Shown in pieces: positions 17,258-25,396 of a stretch of DNA of 64,000 nt. The stretch is taken from contig DATIXI010000041.1 in NCBI GenBank assembly GCA_035518635.1, forward strand, positions 13,017 to 77,016. Direction: 5' to 3'. Made by a program: the position numbers and the translations under genes. The notes under the pieces are model-generated. The model ran no database searches. It was not told where the DNA came from and saw nothing but the letters and a program-made list of their open reading frames with translations. Positions within the stretch are counted from its first letter, which is position 1, and each line of letters begins with the position of its first letter. The DNA is from Gaiellaceae bacterium (lineage in GTDB: Bacteria; Actinomycetota; Thermoleophilia; Gaiellales; Gaiellaceae).

Positions 17258-18388
17258 CTAGCGGGCGCAGGGGCCGGTAGAGACCGGGCCGCGCACGGAG
17301 GCGAGAGCCTGCCGGACGACCGACGCCGGGATCCCGTAGCCGCCGGAGGCGCCGACCTGCGCGGCGAAGACGGTCGACTGCACGGCACCCGCCCCGTCCA
17401 CGGCGGGGCCGCCCGAGTTCCCGTGCCGGACGTTCCCGCTCAGGCTCGTGACCACGCGCGTGACCGGGCCACGGCCGTATGCGTCCTCGCTCACCACGTT
17501 GACCGTCGTCCCGATGCGGCCCGGGACCGCGTCGAACGGCCCGTCCTCCGGGAAGCCGACGATCGCGACGGGCGCGTTTCGCGCCGGATCTAGGAAGCGC
17601 AGCGGACGCGCCGTGAGCCCCGGAACGTGCAGGATCGCGAGGTCGTCGCGCGCGTCGAAGGCGACCGCCTGCGCCTGCAGCGTCCGGCCCGAGAGCGGCG
17701 TCACCGTCGTGTCGTCCTCGCCCGCGACGACGTGGGCCGCGGTCACGACCAGGCCGGGCCTGACCACCCAGCCGCTCCCTTCGACGCCGAGCCCGCACGC
17801 GGTCCCGAGCACGCGCACGACGCTCGGCGCCGCGCGGCGCACCCCGGGCTGCCGCAGCACGCGCGGGTCGGGCGGCTGCGTGGGCGCGGGCGGGCCCGTG
17901 AGGCTCTCGAACGGGTCGATCCGGCCGAGCGCGTTCAGGATCGTCCGCGGCGGCACGATCTCGTTCAGGCGCTGGAGCACGGCGGAGCGCTGGACCGAGC
18001 GCCGGAGCTGCGCCTGGCCCGGGAGCTGGAGCGCCATCGCCCCGAGCACCCACACCGCCACGAGACCGACGAGCGCACCGGCGAGAACGCCGAACGCCGA
18101 GTCGACCGCGCGCAGGTTCCGCCGCTCGCGGCTCCTGACCGCTGCTCCGAGCGAGCTGCCGACGACCTCGAAGAGGACCGCCAGTGTGATCGCGCCCGCG
18201 ACCGCGAACACCGGCGCGTACGGAGAGCTCGAGCCCTCCGAGAGCAGGACCGGCGCGAGCCGTCCACCGATGATCGCGCCGACGACGAGACCGGCGAGCG
18301 AGAGCCCGCTCCAGACGAGGCCCTGAGCGGCGCCGCCCAGCGCGGCGCACACGACGAACGCAACTGCGACCCAGTCGACAACGGTCAT
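17258..18388 (-). CDS. MarP-like membrane serine protease (CvpA-type TM domain + trypsin-like S1 domain)
   Basis: Four N-terminal TM helices, then TAAHVV (His), a central Asp region and GNSGGP (Ser) catalytic motifs. Confidence 0.8.
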   Translation of the reverse strand: MTVVDWVAVAFVVCAALGGAAQGLVWSGLSLAGLVVGAIIGGRLAPVLLSEGSSSPYAPVFAVAGAITLAVLFEVVGSSLGAAVRSRERRNLRAVDSAFGVLAGALVGLVAVWVLGAMALQLPGQAQLRRSVQRSAVLQRLNEIVPPRTILNALGRIDPFESLTGPPAPTQPPDPRVLRQPGVRRAAPSVVRVLGTACGLGVEGSGWVVRPGLVVTAAHVVAGEDDTTVTPLSGRTLQAQAVAFDARDDLAILHVPGLTARPLRFLDPARNAPVAIVGFPEDGPFDAVPGRIGTTVNVVSEDAYGRGPVTRVVTSLSGNVRHGNSGGPAVDGAGAVQSTVFAAQVGASGGYGIPASVVRQALASVRGPVSTGPCAR

Positions 18389-18407
18389 TGGAACTAGGCT
18401 ACGGGTC

Positions 18408-18839
18408 GTGGACGGCCCTGAGCTTCAGCAGTTCATCGACCGCTACAACGCGGCCTGGAACGACCACGACGTCGAGGCGATCGTCTCGATGCACACCGAG
18501 GACTCCGTCTTCGAGAACCACGTCACCGGAGACGTCAACGTTGGCCGTGAGCAGATCGGCAACGCGATCTCCGGCATCTTCTCCGTGTTCCCCGATCTGC
18601 GCTTCGAGGGGCGCCGCACCTACATCCGGGAGGATCTCGTCGTCCAGGAGTGGACCGCGCGCGGGACGCACGAGGGGACGATGACCCGCTCCGGGATCGA
18701 GGTGCCGCCGACCGGGCGCAAGGTCGAGTACAGGGGCATGGACGTCATCCCGATCCGCGACGGCCTGGTGGCGCGCAAGGACGTCTACTCGGACTCGGTC
18801 ACGCTCCTGCGGCAGCTGGGCCTGACCGAAATCGCCTAG
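18408..18839 (+). CDS. SnoaL-like / ester cyclase (NTF2-fold) protein
   Basis: FIDRYNAAWNDHD..., FENH, and a GMDVIPIRDGLVARKDVY-type C-terminus; GTG start. Confidence 0.7.
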   Translation: MDGPELQQFIDRYNAAWNDHDVEAIVSMHTEDSVFENHVTGDVNVGREQIGNAISGIFSVFPDLRFEGRRTYIREDLVVQEWTARGTHEGTMTRSGIEVPPTGRKVEYRGMDVIPIRDGLVARKDVYSDSVTLLRQLGLTEIA

Positions 18840-18860
18840 CTACACTGTCGCCCGCGCCAA

Positions 18861-18934
<74 letters not shown>

Positions 18935-19016
18935 TAGTTCCCGACCCCCTACCTCCAACCAGAAGTACGGCAGGCCCGTATCCCCTTAGCGCGGCAATCC
19001 CTCGACTTGACCCGGT

Positions 19017-19119
19017 TGTAAGGACTTCGGTCTCCGTATTTTTCGACGACTCGATCAGCAGCGCCCCCGGATGCCGCGGGGACGCGCAGGCACGAGCATT
19101 CAGGCAGAGGTGACAAAGC
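19017..19119 (+). promoter_or_regulatory. Conserved promoter/5' leader, copy 1 (upstream of family member A)
   Basis: TGTAAGGACT..GTCTCCGTAT..CCCCCGGATGCCGC..GAGCAT..AGAGGTGA. Roughly 70% identical by eye to 20306-20407. Possible TTGTAA-N15/16-TATTTT promoter at its 5' end. Confidence 0.5.
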
Positions 19120-20247
19120 ATGAAACGCTCTGCGAGATTGGTCTTCCTTGCCACTGTTTCTCTCCCGCTCCTACTCGGTTTGTCGGCGGGCGCAGGGAGT
19201 GGGTCACTGGCGAAGGCCAAGCCGATGAAGCCACATACGCTGGTGATCGATAAGGGGCAGATCCGCTCCTTCGCGCAGGATGCTCATTCGATCGCCTGGA
19301 TCGGTCAGGGCTACAAAGTCCATGTGCGCAGTCTCCTGATCGGACGGAGCGCAATCGTGGGTAGCGCCAGACCGAGCATCGGCGTGGGCGGCCCGGCTCC
19401 TGCCCTAGCTCTTGCGGGCACACGCGCCCTCTGGACGCGGTTCGAGGGCGGCAATAACCCGGAAACCTCACTCTGGACGTCCTCGCTCGGCGACGTCCCG
19501 ATTCAGATTGACCTTTTCGTGGGCAGCTCCGGAGATCCTGGTGGCCTCTTCCTCGCCGGGGTTGCCGGCGACGGGCCGATGCTTCTCTACGGGGCGACGT
19601 CCGAGGGCTGCTACCCGCCGCCCTGGCCGCCGGCTCCCTGTCCGACGCTCGAGGCGAGAGGCGGCGTTGTGACAGTCACTGGGCAGTACGAGCAGCCGCC
19701 GATCAGCGGCATTCCTGCGCCGGTCATGATCGCCTTTGCTGCGCACAATCCTCAATCGGGGCAGATCTCGCAAGGGTTGCTCGCCGTCGCTCCGGCTGCC
19801 TCGCCGCTCGTGAGCGACCTGGGCAACGTGCCGAGGGTGGCGGAGAACGGCCCTGTTCAGGTCTACTGGTTCCTCAACAAGACCGTCCTGCTCTCTAGCG
19901 TGGCTCCGCGGGGGACAGTGATGGCAATCGCGCTCAGCTTCGCGGAGCTCGCGGTGCTCGTCCAGCGAGCGGACGGGACGAAGGCAATCGAGCGCTACGA
20001 CCCACACGGGGGAACCCTCATCGGCACGACGTCTGTCCCGAAGGCGACGGCCTCTGAGCTCAGTACCAACAGCGCCGGGACTGTCTACCGAGTCGGACGC
20101 AAGATCTATCTGCTCGCCGGCGGAGCTCCGAAGCTCGTCTGGAAAGCGGCCGGAACGCCGATTGGGCTCTCGATCGAGAGCAAGCGGATCGCCTGGGCAG
20201 TCGACCTCAAAGGACGTGGCCGAGTCGTCGCCTTGACCCTTCGCTAG
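19120..20247 (+). CDS. Exported protein of unknown function, family member A (probable beta-rich/propeller-like)
   Basis: Signal peptide MKRSARLVFLATVSLPLLLGLSAGAGS. The C-terminal ~130 aa are closely similar to the 21505-22611 product (AENGPVQVY..., AIERY..., IAWAVDLKGRGRVVALTLR). Confidence 0.7.
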   Translation: MKRSARLVFLATVSLPLLLGLSAGAGSGSLAKAKPMKPHTLVIDKGQIRSFAQDAHSIAWIGQGYKVHVRSLLIGRSAIVGSARPSIGVGGPAPALALAGTRALWTRFEGGNNPETSLWTSSLGDVPIQIDLFVGSSGDPGGLFLAGVAGDGPMLLYGATSEGCYPPPWPPAPCPTLEARGGVVTVTGQYEQPPISGIPAPVMIAFAAHNPQSGQISQGLLAVAPAASPLVSDLGNVPRVAENGPVQVYWFLNKTVLLSSVAPRGTVMAIALSFAELAVLVQRADGTKAIERYDPHGGTLIGTTSVPKATASELSTNSAGTVYRVGRKIYLLAGGAPKLVWKAAGTPIGLSIESKRIAWAVDLKGRGRVVALTLR

Positions 20248-20305
20248 GCGCCGAGCCGAGATCTCTTCAGTTCGACTGGGCTCGCTGCTGGGCTGGGCCT
20301 AGAAA

Positions 20306-20407
20306 TGTAAGGACTCCCGTCTCCGTATCTTCCGGCGCACTGGATCCGCGACACCCCCGATGCCGCCGTGAAGCGCAAGCGCGAGCATCTCTGGCGGAGG
20401 TGAGAGG
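20306..20407 (+). promoter_or_regulatory. Conserved promoter/5' leader, copy 2 (upstream of family member B)
   Basis: TGTAAGGACT..GTCTCCGTAT..CCCCCGATGCCGC..GAGCAT..GGAGGTGA. Same order and spacing as copy 1. Confidence 0.5.
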
Positions 20408-21508
20408 ATGAGGCGGCTCTCAGCTTGGCTAACTCCGTTCGTAGTGCCGCTGCTGTTTGTGCTCGCGGTCTCAGCCGCCGCGACTCCCACGCCGACGCGG
20501 AAGCTCAAGCACGCGAGCGGGCCGATCGTGACGCTGGCGATGGACGGCGCGCGCGTCGTGTACAGCACCCAGGGCAATCGCGTCTACGTCTGGAATATCC
20601 GCACCGGGGCGACCTCGCGGGTGCGGGACTCTTCGAGTAGCACCTACCCCATCGTTCAGGAGGTCGCGATCGCCGGGACGCGGGTTGCCTGGATCACGCG
20701 TGATGTAGCCGGCAACTCCCAGGACACCAACGAGGATCTCTACACTGCCTCGCTCAACGGGGGAACGAAGCTCCTCGCACACGCGTTCCGATACTGGGAC
20801 TTCACCGAGAACCACTATCCCCTCTGGAGAGGTGACTGGATCGGCGGGCTGGTCGGCTCCGGCAGGGTGCTCGTCGTCAGCAGATGGACGACGACGCCAA
20901 ACGATGACACGGGTGCCGAGACGATCTCCAATGCCCGCCTGAGCCTGGTCAGCCCCGGAGGCGGACGGCTGCACCTGCTTCTCGCGGGCGAGCAGTCGAT
21001 CGTGTCGAGGTCGGCCGACGCCGGTCGCGTGGCCGTTCTCCGGCCAGACGAGAGCGTCGGCATCTACTCGGCAGCCGGGGTGCTCCTGAGACAGATCGAG
21101 CCGAGCTCTGCACAGGAGATTTCGATGGGCGGCGGACACCTGGTCGTGCTGACCAAAACGAAGACGCTCGAGGTCTACGACGTGAAGACGGGGGCGCTCA
21201 CGCACAGCTGGCCGTTCACGATCAAAGGACGTTTGCAGCCGGGGTACTTTCGGGCGTACGGGAGGCTTGCGCTCTTCTCGGTAGGCCACTCGAGCCGAAA
21301 TCTGCGCATCGTCGATCTGAGAACCGGGCGTGGCATCGCGCTGCCGAGTATCGTCCGGTCGGCTTGGAGCGACGCCTCGGTGGGACCGCTCGGAGTCGTC
21401 TATGCCGTCAGCAACGGCAAGGCCTACGGCGGGCATATCCCGTCCGGAACGCTGGTGTTCCTCTCTACGAGCCGCGTGCTTGCAGACATCTCCAGAGGCC
21501 ACCTGTGA
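20408..21508 (+). CDS. Exported protein of unknown function, family member B (distant relative of A/C)
   Basis: Signal peptide MRRLSAWLTPFVVPLLFVLAVSAAA; repetitive beta-strand-like segments; the same conserved leader as member A. Confidence 0.65.
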   Translation: MRRLSAWLTPFVVPLLFVLAVSAAATPTPTRKLKHASGPIVTLAMDGARVVYSTQGNRVYVWNIRTGATSRVRDSSSSTYPIVQEVAIAGTRVAWITRDVAGNSQDTNEDLYTASLNGGTKLLAHAFRYWDFTENHYPLWRGDWIGGLVGSGRVLVVSRWTTTPNDDTGAETISNARLSLVSPGGGRLHLLLAGEQSIVSRSADAGRVAVLRPDESVGIYSAAGVLLRQIEPSSAQEISMGGGHLVVLTKTKTLEVYDVKTGALTHSWPFTIKGRLQPGYFRAYGRLALFSVGHSSRNLRIVDLRTGRGIALPSIVRSAWSDASVGPLGVVYAVSNGKAYGGHIPSGTLVFLSTSRVLADISRGHL

Positions 21509-22611
21509 GGCGGTTGTCGACGGCAATCCTCCTCAGCGCAGCCACGCTGGCCCTCCTGCTCACCCTGTCTGCCGGTGCAGGAAGCACTCCCGCGCCGAGA
21601 GTCGAGACCGGAAAGCTGCGCGCGCTGCTCAACACCAGCGCCGAGATCGAGGTGTTCGTACAAGACGCGGACTCGCTCGGCTGGATCGACTCCGAGCACG
21701 CGGTTCATGTGGCGCGCCTGTCGAAGCCGAGTCGCACAGTGGTCGGCTGGCTCGAAACAGACGTGATCGGTGGCGGCCCGGTGGCGCCGCCACAGCTGGC
21801 GCTCGGCGGAGTGCGGGCAGTCTGGCCCGGCTATGACGGCGGGGCAAGCCGCGAGACCGTCATCAAGACGGGCGCGCTCGGCTACCACCCGAAGCGTGGG
21901 GAGCGACGAGCAGCGATCGTCACCGTCTTCTCGTACAGCAACGACAGTTTTCAGGGCACTTACCTAGGGGGCCTCGCGGGAGACGGATCGACGCTCGTGT
22001 TCGGACACACCGACGAGGTCTGCCCAGGGGAGCCGTGCGGACTGTTCCAAGTCGCCGGCGGCGGAGTCACGCGCGTGATCAGCCGAAAGAGATCCGCGCA
22101 GATCCCCAACGTCGTCCCGCCCGCCATGCTCGCGGTCTCGCAAGGAAGAATCGCGATCGTGCCGGCGGCATCGCTGCCGTGGGCCGGAGGCTTACCGTCA
22201 CTGCCGGCGATCGCCGAGAACGGGCCCGTCCAGGTGTATAACCTCGCGGGCCGTTTGCTCTCGAGCGTGCGTCCCGTCGGCACCGTCAAAGCCGTCGCGC
22301 TCGCCTGGCCACAGATGGCTGTACTCATGGGGCGGCACGACGGCACGCAAGCGATTGAGCGCTACAACGCCGCGAGCGGCGCACTCGGCGCTACCACAGT
22401 CGTTCCTTCGAGCGCCACGGATCTGGCGCTCGGAACGAGCGGGCTGGTCTACCGTGTCGGCAGGGCCATCTACACGATTCGCACGGGACATCCGGCGCTT
22501 GTCTGGCGTGCAAAGGCGCAACCGATCGGTCTCTCGATCGAGGGAAGGCGTGTGGCCTGGGCTGTAGACCTCAAGGGCCGAGGGCGCATCGTCGCCTTGA
22601 CGCTCCGCTGA
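21505..22611 (+). CDS. Exported protein of unknown function, family member C (paralog of A)
   Basis: GTG 21505 overlaps the stop of member B (GTGA). Signal peptide VRRLSTAILLSAATLALLLTLSAGAGS. The C-terminus VAWAVDLKGRGRIVALTLR matches member A. Confidence 0.7.
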   Translation: MRRLSTAILLSAATLALLLTLSAGAGSTPAPRVETGKLRALLNTSAEIEVFVQDADSLGWIDSEHAVHVARLSKPSRTVVGWLETDVIGGGPVAPPQLALGGVRAVWPGYDGGASRETVIKTGALGYHPKRGERRAAIVTVFSYSNDSFQGTYLGGLAGDGSTLVFGHTDEVCPGEPCGLFQVAGGGVTRVISRKRSAQIPNVVPPAMLAVSQGRIAIVPAASLPWAGGLPSLPAIAENGPVQVYNLAGRLLSSVRPVGTVKAVALAWPQMAVLMGRHDGTQAIERYNAASGALGATTVVPSSATDLALGTSGLVYRVGRAIYTIRTGHPALVWRAKAQPIGLSIEGRRVAWAVDLKGRGRIVALTLR

Positions 22612-22625
22612 CGTCGATGTTCGGC

Positions 22626-23225
22626 TCATGAGGAGGGAGCACCGGAAGGCGCCCCCTCCTCAATCAGCAGTCCCGGGCAGCGGTTTTTGTACCGCTTCAC
22701 CGGCGAGCACAGCCGCCCGGACGCCGGATACGAGTCGTGGAAGGACGAGCCGCCACGGTGGTAGTCGAGCCGCACCGCCTCAAAGCGGTAGCGCCCCGGT
22801 GTGGTCAGCTTCATCCCAAGGATGATCTGCACCTGGGCATGAGGTGCGATCTCCAGCCCGCTCACTGCGTGGCCGTCCTGGGGCATGCGGTAGCCCGGCA
22901 GGAAGCCGATGTGCTGCGAGCTAGGGATCGGCAGGCCGTAGGCCCCGAGCAGCTCGATGCCCGCGCCCGGTCGAACGAGACTCGCCCGGTCGAGAGTCAC
23001 GGACTTGCTGCCCTGGTTCTGGACAGTCAGCAGCCCGTACGAGTACGGCGCACCCATCTTGATCGGAACGCCGATGCTGTTCTTCGCCCCGCCGGGGACG
23101 ATCAGCGGGCCGTGCCCTCGGGCACTACCGCTCATGGTGGCGACGATCAGCCACACGGCCAAGCCGGATGCGATCACCACGACGAGCGTCACCGCGAGGG
23201 CCACGCTGATGCCGCGACCTACCAT
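22626..23225 (-). CDS. Membrane-anchored protein of unknown function
   Basis: N-terminal TM helix (ISVALAVTLVVVIASGLAVWLIV) followed by a beta-rich domain. The start overlaps the stop of the upstream gene by 7 nt. Confidence 0.6.
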   Translation of the reverse strand: MVGRGISVALAVTLVVVIASGLAVWLIVATMSGSARGHGPLIVPGGAKNSIGVPIKMGAPYSYGLLTVQNQGSKSVTLDRASLVRPGAGIELLGAYGLPIPSSQHIGFLPGYRMPQDGHAVSGLEIAPHAQVQIILGMKLTTPGRYRFEAVRLDYHRGGSSFHDSYPASGRLCSPVKRYKNRCPGLLIEEGAPSGAPSS

Positions 23226-24352
23226 CCCGAGTAGACCCGGTGTGCAGTGTTCGGCTGTGCGTCACTGCCGCAGTGGTAGTAGGTCGGGTACGCCGAGCCG
23301 TGGTGCCAGTGCGAGATCACGTAGGACGAGAACCCGCTCTGCGCGCGAGCAGAGAATCCGAACGCACTGAACGCTCCGCTGAACCACGTGGCGTTGGACG
23401 AAACCCGCTGGAAGTCGCTGTTGGGCAGATAGCCCTGTGTGTACGGGCTGGTCGAGCAGTGGTTGTCCAGGTCGTGAACGTTGTCACCAAGGGCCATGCC
23501 CGTGTTCCAGGACGACGCCTTCACGATGTAGTAGTTGCTCCCGCCGCAGCCTGCCGGAATCCAGGAGCGGTAGAACTTCTGATAGTGGAAGTTCGAGCGG
23601 AGCTTGTAGCCCCACTGCGCGCCCTCGTTCCACTGAACGTAGGCTGACTGATCGTTGCCGACGTGGGCCGTTCCGCTGACGCTCCACCCACTGCCGACAC
23701 CGCCGACGCCAACCTCAACGTCGCTGTCAGCGCTCTGCCCATAGCGGAACCAGGCGGTCTGATTGTCTCCCGTATGAAGCTCTCCGATAGTCGTGTTGGT
23801 GTTGCCCTCGTCGCTGAGTTGGTCGTAGGGCCGACAGCCGGGGACAGCGGCGGCGAAGCTCTTGACGCCGCTGAGGCTGACGGGCCTCACGAAGGCCGAC
23901 TTCGCGACAACGTTCGAGTCGCTCACCGATCCCTGCCACCGCCCACCGACCAGGTGCCGCGAGATCGACTGGTAGAGCGAGTTGCCTTTGCCTACTGCGG
24001 ACAGGTCGATGTTGAGCCAGCCGCCGTTGCTAGCGGCAGCGCTGATCGCCGCCGCGATGGCACTGCCGGACGGATCAGCCGTGAGCGTGAAGTTACCCGC
24101 CGCGTCAACCGAGGCCGTGGCGAGCACGGTGTCCGGCTGAGCCGAGCCGCCCACCTTCAAGCCCGTTGCCGGAACCGAGGCGCTGATGGTGCCACCTGCC
24201 ACACTCGGGAACGTGCCCTGTGCGAGCACCGTCGGCCCTCCTGCCGGTGCAGCGATAATTCCATCTCCCGTTCCTTGAGCTGCCCCAAGCGCCCGCGGCG
24301 TAAGTGCGAGAGCGAAGCAGGCCAGGGCGGCTGCAAGCATTCGACTACGCAT
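23219..24352 (-). CDS. Secreted protein of unknown function (Trp/Tyr/Gly/Ser-rich C-terminal domain with 4 Cys)
   Basis: ATG 24352 is preceded by AAGGAGAGAGGA. Signal peptide MRSRMLAAALACFALALTPRALGAA. I recognise no motif in the remainder. Confidence 0.65.
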   Translation of the reverse strand: MRSRMLAAALACFALALTPRALGAAQGTGDGIIAAPAGGPTVLAQGTFPSVAGGTISASVPATGLKVGGSAQPDTVLATASVDAAGNFTLTADPSGSAIAAAISAAASNGGWLNIDLSAVGKGNSLYQSISRHLVGGRWQGSVSDSNVVAKSAFVRPVSLSGVKSFAAAVPGCRPYDQLSDEGNTNTTIGELHTGDNQTAWFRYGQSADSDVEVGVGGVGSGWSVSGTAHVGNDQSAYVQWNEGAQWGYKLRSNFHYQKFYRSWIPAGCGGSNYYIVKASSWNTGMALGDNVHDLDNHCSTSPYTQGYLPNSDFQRVSSNATWFSGAFSAFGFSARAQSGFSSYVISHWHHGSAYPTYYHCGSDAQPNTAHRVYSGW

Positions 24353-24627
24353 TCCTCTCTCCTTGTCGAAAACGGTCAACGGCTTGCCGCAGAGGTTGAG
24401 TTGCTAGCTCCCTCCTTGAGCGGCGACGCCGACCGCCTTCGAACGGCGCGTCCCACGTGGGTCCTCCTCCCTTCGCGACCGGATCGCACCGCCTCTGCCT
24501 TGCCTGTTCGAGAGAATTGACGTTACGGCTCTTGAGCCGTTTCTGCTAGTGGCTCTTTCGGTCATGGCACTCTCGGACAGACGCTCACACGAGCGGCAAT
24601 CGAGACTGCCCAGGAGCCTCATTCGGT

Positions 24628-24855
24628 CCGCGCAAGCACCGAGGCAGAGTCCTCAACCTCGCCTCGCGCCTCTGCGACGCGGCGCCGCCGGGCCAGATCA
24701 TCGTCAGCCAGTGGGTCCTGGCAGAGGTCGAGGAGGTCGTCGAGGCCAAATCGCTCGGCCGCCTCGAGCTGAAGGGCTTCGGCAAGCGGGTCGAGGCGTT
24801 CGCCGTCAGCGCGGCGTCGCCCGCGCGCCGCCCAGGTTCACCTGTCTGGCGCTAG
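24628..24855 (+). pseudogene. Remnant of the C-terminal end of a class III adenylate/guanylate cyclase domain
   Basis: The frame translation ...RVLNLASRLCDAAPPGQIIVSQWVLAEVEEVVEAKSLGRLELKGFGKRVEAFAV... matches the last ~55 residues of cyclase catalytic domains. The frame is closed by TAG at 24547-24549 with no upstream catalytic region or start. Confidence 0.6.
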
Positions 24856-25253
24856 TCAGACCACCAGTCGCGCTGGCCATCGACGTCTTCGCGCGGTGCC
24901 TCGCCGAGATTGGGCGCGCCGATCACGAGGATCTCGAGGCCCTCCGGCCCGGCCTCGTAGCCTCGCCATGTAGCTGGCGGGACGCGCACCGCGTCCCATT
25001 CCTTGAGCTCGACGATCTGGTCATCGACCTTCATCCGCCCGCTCCCGCACAGGACCACGTACACCTCCTCCTGCCTCTTGTGCGTGTGGCCGTACGGAAA
25101 GCGATGGCCGGGCGGGACACGCTGGTAGCTCAGGCCGGATTCCTCGAGTTCGAGCGCCTTGGTCGCCGAGCGGAACTCCAGGTCCGGCGCGCCGTCGAAC
25201 CTGGAGCCGAGATCCTCCAGGTCCTCCTTGAGGTTCCTGAGCGTGAACGGCAC
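24852..25253 (-). CDS. Cupin domain protein
   Basis: GHTHKRQEEVYVVLCGSG...VELKEWDAVRVPP cupin motifs. Confidence 0.8.
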   Translation of the reverse strand: MPFTLRNLKEDLEDLGSRFDGAPDLEFRSATKALELEESGLSYQRVPPGHRFPYGHTHKRQEEVYVVLCGSGRMKVDDQIVELKEWDAVRVPPATWRGYEAGPEGLEILVIGAPNLGEAPREDVDGQRDWWSD

Positions 25254-25396
25254 CGCGCAATCCTAGTGTGGTCTTGACCGCGGCCCATGCAGCTCCCAGT
25301 GTCGCGGCAGCGAGAATACCTCGCCCGTACCGAGCAGGGCATCGAGAACGGGTCGGTCTCGTCGACCCGACCAGCTACAGCGGCGCCTAGGCCGGC

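Noticed and set aside
19071-19253. 60-codon uORF starting in the conserved leader of family member A
   Set aside because: The equivalent ATG in the second leader copy is followed by a stop after three codons. The leader conservation is therefore not explained by a shared peptide.
20262-20280. GTTCGACTGGGCTCGCTGC as a degenerate direct repeat (att-like) of the tRNA-Asp 3' end GTTCGAGTCCCGTCGCTCC
   Set aside because: Only about 13 of 19 positions match, and the mismatches are clustered. The site lies inside the low-GC block, right after gene A, rather than at its far edge. It is too weak to call an attachment-site remnant.
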